A stretch of DNA of 60,558 nt, from IMG/VR virus record IMGVR_UViG_3300023078_000002, positions 1 to 60,558 of that record; one strand, given 5' to 3'. The stretch's first letter is position 1, and each line of letters begins with the position of its first letter. Positions 49,464 to 58,447 of the stretch are shown here, in pieces. The position numbers were made by a program, and so were the translations under genes. The notes below the pieces were generated by a model. It had not been told where the DNA came from. It made no database searches and saw only the letters and a program-made list of their open reading frames with translations. The stretch comes from a virus (Duplodnaviria > Caudoviricetes).

Positions 49464-50435
49464 CTACAACGTGGTATCGGTCGACTGGTAGCGAATCACG
49501 GGCACGTTCGTCGAGACCGACGGAGCCGACGTGAACGTCACCGACTGCGACACCGGACCAGGGCCGTTGACCGTGGGCCGCGGGGAGGTGAACACGCAGT
49601 CCTTCAGCGTGATCTCAAAGAAGTACTTGTAGGTACCGGCGATCGTCGCGCCGGTGAACGTCAGGACGACATCGGCGATCGTGTTCCCGGTCACTCGGTT
49701 GAGGTGGGTGAGGTCGTTGAAGTCCGCGTTGAACGAGCCCGATGCGGTCGGCTTGTCGGTCTCGACCGGCTTGCTCATCAGGCCCGAGGTTCCGAGCGCG
49801 AACGCGTCATCGCGAAGATTGAAGCCGATGGTGATGGAGCCGTCGCCGACGATGTCGGCGATCGGAGACCCGGCGATGGTCAGCGCGCCGCCCTGGAATC
49901 CGAACAGTGACCAGGCGGTCGGGGCAACATACGTCGCGAGCGACTGTGCGGTGTTCAGCTCGCGCGCGACGGTCGGGATCGACCACTTCAGAACGCCGGC
50001 CGCAGACCATGACAGCGTGATGCCGCCCAGGATCGTTCCGTACAGGTCCAGCGGCACCAGGGTGGACGATGCGACGGGGGGCGTCTGCACCTGGATGCTG
50101 TAGGACTTACTCGGCGGCGTGTCGAGGGTGTGGGTCTGAAGGTAGGCTGCGGTGGCGCCCTGCTGGACGGGCGTGACCGTGTTGCCGTGCAGGCCGTCGA
50201 GCACGAACCCGAACCCGGTCGTCGGAACGTCGCCGTTGATCGGGCCGGATCCGGCAGAGGTCGTGGTGACCGATGGGCGCGCCCATCGGCCCACTCCAAG
50301 GGCTGGGCTGAAGTAGCGGTTGAACTCGTAGTTGATGTCCTCGCCGTTAATCGCGAGAAAGCGCGCGGGGGTCACCCGGGTGCCGTAGGTGGTCTCCTTG
50401 GAGAGACCGATGCGCATGTCGTTGCCGCTGGCCAT
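49464..50435 (-). CDS. Major tail tube protein
   Basis: MASG....IGLSKETTYGT N-terminus; YLQTHT, SYSIQV; PTVNGPG; 323 aa. Confidence 0.8.
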   Translation of the reverse strand: MASGNDMRIGLSKETTYGTRVTPARFLAINGEDINYEFNRYFSPALGVGRWARPSVTTTSAGSGPINGDVPTTGFGFVLDGLHGNTVTPVQQGATAAYLQTHTLDTPPSKSYSIQVQTPPVASSTLVPLDLYGTILGGITLSWSAAGVLKWSIPTVARELNTAQSLATYVAPTAWSLFGFQGGALTIAGSPIADIVGDGSITIGFNLRDDAFALGTSGLMSKPVETDKPTASGSFNADFNDLTHLNRVTGNTIADVVLTFTGATIAGTYKYFFEITLKDCVFTSPRPTVNGPGPVSQSVTFTSAPSVSTNVPVIRYQSTDTTL

Positions 50436-50438
50436 GTC

Positions 50439-50660
50439 CTACGCCTCTTTCTTTTCGTCGCTGGGCGACTGGTCGGCCTGCTTGACCTCAGACCACCACT
50501 CGCTTGCGAGCAGCTCGTCACGGATGCGCGCCGGGACGTCGGCGGGCAGGAACTTGCCGCGCTCGACAACGGCGATGGGCTCGGCGTAGATCCCGGCCTC
50601 GGAGTCGAACACCGCGACCTCTTCATGGGGCCCGTCGTAGCGGGCTCGCTTCGTGCTCAT
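50439..50660 (-). CDS. Small virion-associated protein
   Basis: MSTKRARYDGPHEEV..; AGGAGG RBS; precedes the tail tube gene. Confidence 0.55.
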   Translation of the reverse strand: MSTKRARYDGPHEEVAVFDSEAGIYAEPIAVVERGKFLPADVPARIRDELLASEWWSEVKQADQSPSDEKKEA

Positions 50661-50733
50661 GTGGGCCCTCCTGAGGGCTGATGGGGAAGGGCGCGAGTGG
50701 ACCTCGGCCGAGACGGATGAGACAATGGGGCGC

Positions 50734-51185
50734 ATGCGGACTCCGACGTCTTGGCCAAAGCTCGACGGCTACGAGCCGGCTTGCCCGGAGTGCGGCGCAG
50801 TCCTGCCGATCCCGACGCTCGCCTATCGAGGTGAGCCGGTTCCTGATGGTGTGCTCTGCATGGAGAACGTCGAGCCGCTGCGTATCTCTTCTATCTCCAC
50901 CACATGCGAGAACGGCCATGCATGGACCGCGACGGAGCATCGCTGGGACTTGGCCATGGGCCGCACGTTTGCTGGCTTGCAGCGGATCGCAGGGCGATGA
51001 CGGGAGACCCGTTCCTTCGCCGCGACGAGCACATAGAGATCGGCGGGCATCCTGGCCGCTGGTACAAGGCCTACCGGGAGTTCGCGGTCGCGGAGTACGC
51101 CCGTCCTGGTTTCGTGCTGCGAATCGGTCACTGGCGCGTCGAATGGACCGACGGGCTCTACGCGCGACCGCTGAGCCAGTTCTAG
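50734..51185 (+). other. Two-gene antisense moron (50734-51000 Zn-ribbon protein; 50997-51185 hypothetical)
   Basis: TGGACC-17-GACAAT-7-ATG; CPEC...CENGH; ATGA coupling. Confidence 0.6.
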
Positions 51186-51628
51186 GGGTTGAACATCAGG
51201 CCGACGCAGCCTTGGTCAACGACCACGCGCGCCAGCCAGCCCTGCGGCATCGGAATGTTCGTCTGTCGAACGGTCCGGTCGGTCATCCGGCTCAGCACAT
51301 CGCCCAACGTGCGGTTGGCGTCCAACAGGACGATGACTTCGCCGTACAGGTCCCACGCTCGGGTCTCGGCGCGTTGTTCGTGGTCACCGTCGAGCTTGAC
51401 ATCGATCACCACGCGGATGTTGTAGGTCTCGTCGTAACGGGTCGCGCCAAGCGTCTGGTTGGTGTCGTTGATCGCGGTGTCGCCGAAGTAGATGATCTCC
51501 CCGCCCTTGGGGAAGTCCTCGGACTCGGTCGGCCCGCCCCACTTGACCTTCGGCTTGCCGTTATCCCAGGTGCGGGCTTCGAGAAGGGCGAGAAGGGCGG
51601 CCTTGGCGCGGGGGACGGTTGATTGCAT
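51182..51628 (-). CDS. Tail terminator-like protein
   Basis: MQSTVPRAKAALLALL...ETYNIRV...RAWDLYGEV..LL...TLG; position. Confidence 0.65.
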   Translation of the reverse strand: MQSTVPRAKAALLALLEARTWDNGKPKVKWGGPTESEDFPKGGEIIYFGDTAINDTNQTLGATRYDETYNIRVVIDVKLDGDHEQRAETRAWDLYGEVIVLLDANRTLGDVLSRMTDRTVRQTNIPMPQGWLARVVVDQGCVGLMFNP

Positions 51629-52446
51629 CAGCCGACCAGCGTGATCGCGTGTTGGCTGACGGCTGTGTCGACCTCCGGCACTCCGAAGACGGAGCCGCCG
51701 CGTCCCGGCGTCACGAGGCTGTAGGTGCCGCCCTCGGTGGACGTGAACGTGTTGGTGCGGTCGTCGACAGGACCGGAGACCAGCCACACTTTCGCCAAGA
51801 GGAGCGCGGCCCGTCGGATGCGTTCCGGTGGACGGTCGCGGCCATGCTCGTAGCCGACGGTGACGCTCCCCGTGCCCCAGGGGGACCCGTAGAGGAATGA
51901 TCCGTCGGTCATGACCGCGGCTACCTCAGATGGGCTGAGGTCGATGCCGTTGATCGTGACGGAGCGCACCGCCCTGACGAACGGGCGCGGGAGGCGGAGC
52001 GGCCGGCCATATCGTGCCTGGACGGTGTCGCGGGCGTAGCGGGGAACGAACGCTCCGCAGAGCTCTTCCATTGCGCTCTCGACGGTGGTGCGCATCTCCA
52101 GCAGATCGCCTGTCGGATAGTCGTCGACATCGTTGAGCGGCGAGGTCGCGCGGGCTTGAGCGAGCGAGAACAGGAACCCGCCGACGATCTCCACGGTCGT
52201 GGTCAACGTGCCCTTCGAGGCGCTGACCCAGGCGAGCGTCAACCGGTCCAGCAGTCCCGTGTGGGTGGCGGTGAGCGCGAACGTGCGAGCGGTCGCGCCC
52301 GATCCGGATGCCGTGCCGGAGGCGACAAGTACGGTGCCGTCTGCGCGAGTGACGTTCAGCGTCACCGAGCCCGGGTCGACGATCACGCCGTCCTCGTAGA
52401 ACGTGACCGAGACGGTTGTGCCCGTGCCTTGGAGAACTCTGTCCAC
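51628..52446 (-). CDS. Head-tail adaptor with N-terminal Ig-like extension
   Basis: C-domain EELCG..FVPR, LPRP..VRSV, VGYEHG..PP..IRRAALLLA; N-domain VDP.SVTLNVTRADGT. Confidence 0.75.
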   Translation of the reverse strand: MDRVLQGTGTTVSVTFYEDGVIVDPGSVTLNVTRADGTVLVASGTASGSGATARTFALTATHTGLLDRLTLAWVSASKGTLTTTVEIVGGFLFSLAQARATSPLNDVDDYPTGDLLEMRTTVESAMEELCGAFVPRYARDTVQARYGRPLRLPRPFVRAVRSVTINGIDLSPSEVAAVMTDGSFLYGSPWGTGSVTVGYEHGRDRPPERIRRAALLLAKVWLVSGPVDDRTNTFTSTEGGTYSLVTPGRGGSVFGVPEVDTAVSQHAITLVG

Positions 52447-52458
52447 GTCGCGGTCCTC

Positions 52459-53898
52459 CTAGTCGACGAGCTTTGAGAGTGAGCCGTGTGGCTCGAGGGT
52501 GGTGGCGGACGCTGCCGGCTCGCAGACACCGGTGACCGTGGCGACGGGTTCGACGTGGCCCGGCGCGACCTCGCCCGTAAACGCCGGCCCATACCCGACA
52601 CCGGCCGCCATTCCGGCCCCTGCCGTCGTCCGGACGCCGGCCGGTTGGATGCCCGTGCCGGTTGAGGCCCCTGCGCCCGCGATGGCCATCAGACCAGGGG
52701 CGAACCCCTGTCCTGCGGCGACCCCTGGCGTCGTGGCGGTGAAGGTGGTGGAGCTTGCCGTCACCGGTGCGCCGATGCCCGTGCCCGGTGAAGCTGTGAC
52801 GCGAGCCGTTGGTCCGTTCCCCGACCCGGACGCCGAACCTGCAGGTGAGGTTGTGCGTGCGGCCGGGCTTGCTCCGATGCCGGTCGCACGACCCTGCGGG
52901 GCCGGGTCTGAGGTGCCGCCGCCTTGGCTGTCGGTCGGCGAGACCCCTACGCCGACCCCAGCACTCTGCGTGACTGCCGTGCGCGCTGTCGGTCCCGCAG
53001 CCGCTGCCGCTCCCGCCCCGAGTGGTGTGATGGCCCGGACCGCGATGGGGGAGATGCCAGCCCCGGCGCCGACGCCGACCGACGCGGCGTGCGTCACGGC
53101 CTCGCCCGGTGCGGCCCCCTGCCCGATCCCGACACCCGGGAGCATCGCGGTGCGGGCCGTAAGCCCTGCGCCTGAGCCTGAGCCGGCGCCTTGGGAGGCG
53201 TCTGTTCGTGCGGCCGGTGCGATGCCTTGCCCGATGCCGATGCCTTGTGGTGCGGTGTCGCTTGTGCCGCCGGCCGCGGCGAGGATCTCGACGACGGCGA
53301 TCGACATGTCAGCGGTGCCGCTGAAGGAGCCGATGCCGTAGCTGGTGGCGCCTGCGGTGCCCTGGTCGGTCCAGCGAGCGGAGTACAGCGTTGCTGCGCC
53401 GGATGTGAACGCGGCATCGTCGACGGTGCCGTTGGTGGCGGGCGACGCGGTGACGGCGGTGTCGTTGGTGGCGTTGAATTCGCCGAGCACGCCGACGACA
53501 CCACTATTGGCTCCGGTTCGCGTGAGGCTTCTCGTCAGGACTCCGGCGGCCGCTCGACCTGCTCCGGTGGCGCCTGTGCCGTTGTGGCCGCTGATCGCGT
53601 AGGCGCGCAGACCGACGGCGCGGCTGTTGGTGTAGGTCGAGGAGATCGCGCCGCTGCCGCTGCTGGCGGCGGTCGCTTTCCAGATGTAGACGTTGCAGCC
53701 GCCGCCGGTGTAGCTCGTAACGAGCGTGAACGTCAGGCCGGTAGCGGTCGGGGTTGACAGCGTGACGGTGCTGTCTTCGGTTGCTCCGACGACGATGACG
53801 AGGTCGCCCGCGCTCCATGTCAGCGATGCGGTCGTCTCTGGGCTGGATGCTCTGGCCGCCCAGGTCGAGGCCTTCGTGTCGCTGAACGTGACGGCCAT
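52459..53898 (-). CDS. Fibre-like structural protein with ~12 Gly-rich 18-20 aa repeats
   Basis: Ser/Thr-rich beta-sandwich N-domain, then repeats like PQGIGIGQGIAPAARTDA and PAGSASGSGNGPTARVTA. Confidence 0.65.
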   Translation of the reverse strand: MAVTFSDTKASTWAARASSPETTASLTWSAGDLVIVVGATEDSTVTLSTPTATGLTFTLVTSYTGGGCNVYIWKATAASSGSGAISSTYTNSRAVGLRAYAISGHNGTGATGAGRAAAGVLTRSLTRTGANSGVVGVLGEFNATNDTAVTASPATNGTVDDAAFTSGAATLYSARWTDQGTAGATSYGIGSFSGTADMSIAVVEILAAAGGTSDTAPQGIGIGQGIAPAARTDASQGAGSGSGAGLTARTAMLPGVGIGQGAAPGEAVTHAASVGVGAGAGISPIAVRAITPLGAGAAAAAGPTARTAVTQSAGVGVGVSPTDSQGGGTSDPAPQGRATGIGASPAARTTSPAGSASGSGNGPTARVTASPGTGIGAPVTASSTTFTATTPGVAAGQGFAPGLMAIAGAGASTGTGIQPAGVRTTAGAGMAAGVGYGPAFTGEVAPGHVEPVATVTGVCEPAASATTLEPHGSLSKLVD

Positions 53899-53922
53899 CT
53901 TGGGCCTCCCGGCGTCGGCGTA

Positions 53923-54363
53923 CTAGGTGAGATCCAGGGCGTACAGGCCTGCCGGGTCAAGCGTGATCGTGTAGGCGCCGCTGACCGTTTGTGTCGCACC
54001 CCAGTCCAGCAGGAACATCAACGGGTCGGTTGATGCAGCGCCGGCCGTGTTGATCCAAACCACCCCGTAGCGCCAAGAGGTCGAAGCCGAGAACGTCCAG
54101 GTGGGGTCCGCGAAGTCCCATCGGATCTGATCGGTGGTGGAGTCGTAGGTCAGCGTCATGCTCGACAGTACGACGCCGCCCGTGTTGTAGCCGTTGCCGT
54201 TGGCGACCTCGTTGGTGAGGTCGTCCTGAAAGTCCATGGTGTCGACGTTCGGCGTGAACGTCGCCGTGTGCAGCGACATCTGGTAGGTCGCGCCGTCGAA
54301 GTCGGTTCCGGCTTTCATTGCGGCCATGAATCCTTGGCCAAACGCGGTGACGGTGATAGCCAT
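53923..54363 (-). CDS. Virion structural protein (fibre-base type)
   Basis: LHT..FTPN.D....DLTNEVANGNGYNTGG..L......WDFADPTWT motif. Confidence 0.65.
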   Translation of the reverse strand: MAITVTAFGQGFMAAMKAGTDFDGATYQMSLHTATFTPNVDTMDFQDDLTNEVANGNGYNTGGVVLSSMTLTYDSTTDQIRWDFADPTWTFSASTSWRYGVVWINTAGAASTDPLMFLLDWGATQTVSGAYTITLDPAGLYALDLT

Positions 54364-54372
54364 GAGCGCCTC

Positions 54373-55287
54373 CTAGGCGGCCTGCGGTATGGACTGAGGG
54401 GGCCGACCGTTACGGTTCTCGACGACGACCGTCGCCGGGTCAACGCCAAGCTGTTCAAGTTCGAAGCGTGAGATCGCGTCCGCCTCGCTGGCATGCTGAA
54501 GGCACGCCTCTTTCCAGCCTGCGACGGGAACACCGAGCTGGTCGCTGAACGTCCAGCCGACGGGTACGAGCGTGATCGCCCGTTCGTCGCACCACTCGCA
54601 TTGGCCGCGCTCGATACCGAGCTCGTCGCGGGTGGCGTAGTACTGCAACTTGCCGAGCTGTCGTTCGTCGGGACGCCGGTCGGGATGATGTTCGATGACC
54701 AACGCGGTCAGGTCGAGCGTCGGCTCCAATGTCTTTGAGGCGTCGCCCCACAGGTACCGGCCGTCGTCGGTGACGTAGGTCAGGTGGCTGGTCTCAAGGT
54801 GGATCGGTTGCGCCCGGAACATGTTGCGGACCGTGAACTCGGCCGGCCAATCCGGACGGCCAACGCGACGGGCGACCATGTCGACGAACTGCGTCTCCGC
54901 GACATCAAGGTCGGTGGCGGCCAGTCGGTCGCGGAGATCGTCGGGAACTTCGGTCACGACCTGGTCGGCGTCCATGACCAGAAACCAATCCCCGGGCTCG
55001 GCGAGCGACCATGCGAGCGAGAACAGGGCGGTGCGCTTCTGCACTTCGTTTCCCGTCCACGTCTCGTTCGGGACGTGCAGCGTGTGCGCCATCCCGAGCT
55101 GGCGGCAGCCGATCGCGAACGCCGCGTGTTGCGCGGTGGGGGAGGCGGGCTTGCCGTCGGGGTAGAGGGCGTAGGCGCCGTCAAGGGCGATGACATGATC
55201 GACGCCTGCCCGGGCGAGCCCGGTAAGGCACCGGGCGATGCTGTCGCCCGGCTCGTCGTAGAACGACACCAACCCGTGCAGCCTCAT
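54373..55287 (-). CDS. GT-A (GT2-like) glycosyltransferase, copy 1, with C-terminal CxxC domain
   Basis: SFYDE, HVIALDGAY, GNEVQKR, GDWFLVMDAD (DxD), RNMFR, EHH; CEWC...C..H tail. Confidence 0.7.
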   Translation of the reverse strand: MRLHGLVSFYDEPGDSIARCLTGLARAGVDHVIALDGAYALYPDGKPASPTAQHAAFAIGCRQLGMAHTLHVPNETWTGNEVQKRTALFSLAWSLAEPGDWFLVMDADQVVTEVPDDLRDRLAATDLDVAETQFVDMVARRVGRPDWPAEFTVRNMFRAQPIHLETSHLTYVTDDGRYLWGDASKTLEPTLDLTALVIEHHPDRRPDERQLGKLQYYATRDELGIERGQCEWCDERAITLVPVGWTFSDQLGVPVAGWKEACLQHASEADAISRFELEQLGVDPATVVVENRNGRPPQSIPQAA

Positions 55288-55947
55288 GCTGAGCCCGAGG
55301 TGGACGACAGCAGTGCCGCGAGTGCGGCGAGCATGATGCGGTCCTGTTCCGCAGTCGGCCGCCTGGCAGGCCACCGAGAGGCAACGAACTCTTCGAGGTA
55401 GACTGTGGCCGCTACCGGCAAGCGCTTGCTCACGCCTGCCCCTGAAGGTGCGCCTGGCGCGCATCCGGCTGCCGGTCATGAAGCGCTCCATTGCGCAATT
55501 CCCGCGCGCACGTCGCGCGAATCGATCGCAGCACCTTGCGAAGACATGCGGCCTTGGAGAACGATCCCCAGCCCGCTTCATGCTCCCAAGCCGTCAGGTC
55601 GCCGGGGCGGGCGTAGCCACCGTGACACCACCACGAGATGCGGTCGTGGGTCAGCGTGAACTCGTAGCCGCACCAGCGATACCGGCAGCTCCCGTCAGCC
55701 GCCTCGCGAACGACCTCAAGATCGTCAGGAGGCACAAAGAACGGTCGCGGCCAGAGCTTCATGCCTCGACAACCTCAAGCTCGACTCCGGGCGCGAGCAC
55801 TACCACCCGGTTGTCCGGAAAGCAGCCGTCGAGGTCGTCCACTATCGCCGCAGCCGCCTCCTGTGAGACGCGGACGGGCATCCTGACGACCAGCACGTCG
55901 CCGGGCTGAAGCCGAAGGCGCTTGACGTCCTCGATCTCGATGGTCAT
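55284..55947 (-). other. Three small coupled genes (55759-55947, 55430-55762, 55284-55433)
   Basis: ATGA/GTGA overlaps linking the acyltransferase to glycosyltransferase copy 1. Confidence 0.55.
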
Positions 55948-56498
55948 GCAAGGCGCCGGTGCTGGTCGTCGCGCTCGGTATGTCGCACCGGGTTCGGCCG
56001 GATGTGCCTGGCCGGGTTCCCCGCCACGATGCTGCCGTCCGGTAGGTCCTTCGTCACGGTCGAGTTCGCGCCGATCACGCAGTCCTTACCGATCGTGCGG
56101 TGCGGCAGAATCACGGCACCGAGCCCGACCCGGGTGCGGTCGCCGATCGTCACGTGCCCGCCGATGATGCAGCCGGTCGACAGCTCGCAGTCCTCGCCGA
56201 TCACAGCGTCGTGGCCGACGTGCACCTTCTTGAGCACAAGCGCGCGAGCGCCGATGGTGGTGCTGCGGACGGTGCCGGCGTCGATCGTGACGTACGCGCC
56301 GATCCGTGCGGTCTTGTGCACCATCGGCGCGACGCACTTGTCGCCGGGACGCCAGTCGCGAACCTCCGGTGGGTGGCCGATGATCGCCGTCTGGTGAATC
56401 TCACCGGGAAGCTGTCGCAACTCGGCGGGACGCAGGTACTCCATGAAGTCTTCGCGGTCGCCCGCGATGACTGTGCCGGTCACGGCGCCGTTGCTCAT
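55944..56498 (-). CDS. Hexapeptide-repeat acyltransferase (LpxA-like left-handed beta-helix)
   Basis: IHQTAIIGHPPE, VTIDAGT..TTIG, HVGHDAVIG, VTKDLP...VAGNPAR. Confidence 0.85.
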   Translation of the reverse strand: MSNGAVTGTVIAGDREDFMEYLRPAELRQLPGEIHQTAIIGHPPEVRDWRPGDKCVAPMVHKTARIGAYVTIDAGTVRSTTIGARALVLKKVHVGHDAVIGEDCELSTGCIIGGHVTIGDRTRVGLGAVILPHRTIGKDCVIGANSTVTKDLPDGSIVAGNPARHIRPNPVRHTERDDQHRRLA

Positions 56499-56740
56499 GA
56501 CGCCTGCTGCTGCTGGTCGCCGCGCTTCTCGCCGGGAGCGCTCGTGGCCTGCTCGACGTCGTAGTGCACGGCGTCCTCAACCGGCTCGAAGAACCCGGGG
56601 TTCTGATCTAGGAGCGGATGCCCGGCCCGGACCCGTTCGTCCTTGTTGACGAACACAGGCTCGCCATCCAAGTCTGCGGCGAACGACTGCGTGGCCGCGT
56701 AGATGTCAGAGGTGGTGCGCTTGCGCGGTGGCACGTTCAT
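56495..56740 (-). CDS. Small head-associated protein
   Basis: HPL....P.FFEP...VEQATSAPGEKR; AGGAG RBS; typical post-capsid position. Confidence 0.6.
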   Translation of the reverse strand: MNVPPRKRTTSDIYAATQSFAADLDGEPVFVNKDERVRAGHPLLDQNPGFFEPVEDAVHYDVEQATSAPGEKRGDQQQQAS

Positions 56741-56766
56741 GTACTCCTAGATCGAGGTGGGCCGCA

Positions 56767-56798
56767 GTGCCGGGGACCGAACAGGTCGGCCCCCGGCC
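56767..56798 (-). terminator. GC-rich hairpin downstream of the capsid genes
   Basis: Minus strand GCCGGGGGCCGA-CCTGT-TCGGTCCCCGGC. Confidence 0.55.
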
Positions 56799-56808
56799 AC
56801 GGGTGCTA

Positions 56809-57000
56809 TTAGGCGCCAGTACCGATCGCGCCCGCGCCGGGCTCGTCGTCCTTCGGCGCCTTGTGAACCCCCTCGGGAATGTTCGGCTGAGGAGCCGGAC
56901 GCTTCGCGTTGGGGTCGGGCTGTTCGGCGTACGTCCCGACGACCTTCGTCGGGTCGATCTCCGGCTCGTCGGTGCCAGTGTCCTTAGGCGTATCAGTCAT
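56809..57000 (-). CDS. Small acidic Pro-rich protein after the capsid gene
   Basis: MTDTPKDTGTDEPEIDP...; AGGAG RBS. Confidence 0.5.
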   Translation of the reverse strand: MTDTPKDTGTDEPEIDPTKVVGTYAEQPDPNAKRPAPQPNIPEGVHKAPKDDEPGAGAIGTGA

Positions 57001-57016
57001 CTCTATTCTCCTATAA

Positions 57017-58447
57017 CTAGGTCGTGACCAGCGTGCGGAAAGCCGCAGATGACAACACGCGGCCCGTGTTACGCCAGTAGGCGTAGATCCCGCGCGCTCC
57101 GATGGGACGCTGGTTCGTCGCACCGAACAAGTGCGGCACCAGCTCAACGGTCATGCCGATCCGATCGACGATCAGGTAGTAGCGGAAGTCGCCGAAGATC
57201 ATGATCTTGGACGCTGCCGTCAGTGCCGATGTCATGACGGAGGACTCGTAGGCGGGCTTGCCGAGGAACGTCGCGCCGATCTGGCCGTTGGCGTCCCCGG
57301 CGATACCCTGCTGGAGGTTCTGCACCCAGATGTTCGCGCCGCCGGCCGTGTCCAACTGGCGGATGCGGTTGTACTGGGCGAGGTTGGCCACGAACTTGCC
57401 GTTCGGGCGGAACCGTGCCGGGAGCGCCTCCAGGAGCGCGTAGCCGTGCGCGACCGCGAACGCGGCGGTGCCTGCGGCGACGGTGCCGGTGGCGCCGGTG
57501 AGGACGCCCTGCGGGTTGACGCCCGTGCCGGCGCCGGTGGCGAACGCGGTCGCTTCCTCGACATCCTTGGCGTCCTGGATCAGCGTTGCCATCTCGGACT
57601 CCAGGGAGGCCCAGTCCTGACCGACCTCGATGCTGAACGGCACGAACGCCGAAGCCTTCGTGACCGTCGCGGTCGGCTGGGCGAGCGTCGGGCTGTCGTC
57701 GGAGACCTCCTCGAACTCCGCGTCACGCGATGCGGTGATCGCCCCCGCGGACACACCGTTCCAGGTGTTGCCGGTGATCTTCTCCACACGGGAGATCTGC
57801 CGCCACGGGTTCACCGCGCCGTTGGACGTCGGGATGATCGTCGGGTCCAGCGTGACCGGGACCGCGAAGCCGCCCTGCGTGCCCGTGAGGGACATCGCTC
57901 GCTGCTCGTCGGTCGACAGCCGGAAGCCACCGAGCGTCTTTGCGAACGCTCGTCGGTAGGTCGGGCTGCCGAACGTCAGGACGTGGCGAGCAAACGACGA
58001 GTCGTCGCCGGAGCTGAACTTGTTGACCAGCTTCTCGACCTGGCCCTGCGCCTCCTCGCGGTTGGCCTCGCTGTGCGGGAAGTGCATGCTCTCGACAGCG
58101 CGTAGCGCGTTGTCGCGGTACATGCCCGTAGCCTGCTCGTCAGAGCGGGACGCGGAACGGACAGCGGCGACGTCCCAGATGTCCTCGGTGCCGGTGCGGC
58201 CGACGTTGAACGTAGCGCCGCGCTCAGCGTGGGTGGGGTCTGGGGCGAGGTCCTTGATCCTGGCTGCACGTGCGCGCAGCTCGGCGAGTAGCTCGACCTT
58301 CGCCTCGATGTTGCCGTTGGCCTCGTTCCACTCTGCGCGGACGTCATCCGGCAGGGCGGCGCCTGCGTACTCGGTGTCGATCTCCTGAACGCGGGCGCGG
58401 AGTTCGGTCAGTTCTGCTTCGTGCTCTTCGATGCTCAGAGCCGCCAT
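57017..58447 (-). CDS. Major capsid protein, HK97 fold with N-terminal delta domain
   Basis: Coiled-coil N-terminus, GGFAVP, F..GAGTG..PQGVL, IFGDF..Y.IVDR.G, AAFRTL. Confidence 0.93.
   Translation of the reverse strand: MAALSIEEHEAELTELRARVQEIDTEYAGAALPDDVRAEWNEANGNIEAKVELLAELRARAARIKDLAPDPTHAERGATFNVGRTGTEDIWDVAAVRSASRSDEQATGMYRDNALRAVESMHFPHSEANREEAQGQVEKLVNKFSSGDDSSFARHVLTFGSPTYRRAFAKTLGGFRLSTDEQRAMSLTGTQGGFAVPVTLDPTIIPTSNGAVNPWRQISRVEKITGNTWNGVSAGAITASRDAEFEEVSDDSPTLAQPTATVTKASAFVPFSIEVGQDWASLESEMATLIQDAKDVEEATAFATGAGTGVNPQGVLTGATGTVAAGTAAFAVAHGYALLEALPARFRPNGKFVANLAQYNRIRQLDTAGGANIWVQNLQQGIAGDANGQIGATFLGKPAYESSVMTSALTAASKIMIFGDFRYYLIVDRIGMTVELVPHLFGATNQRPIGARGIYAYWRNTGRVLSSAAFRTLVTT

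Noticed and set aside
47429-55287. Glycosyltransferases as DNA hypermodification enzymes
   Set aside because: Disfavoured but not excluded: they lie in the late structural operon, and no hydroxymethylase or TET/JBP partner was found
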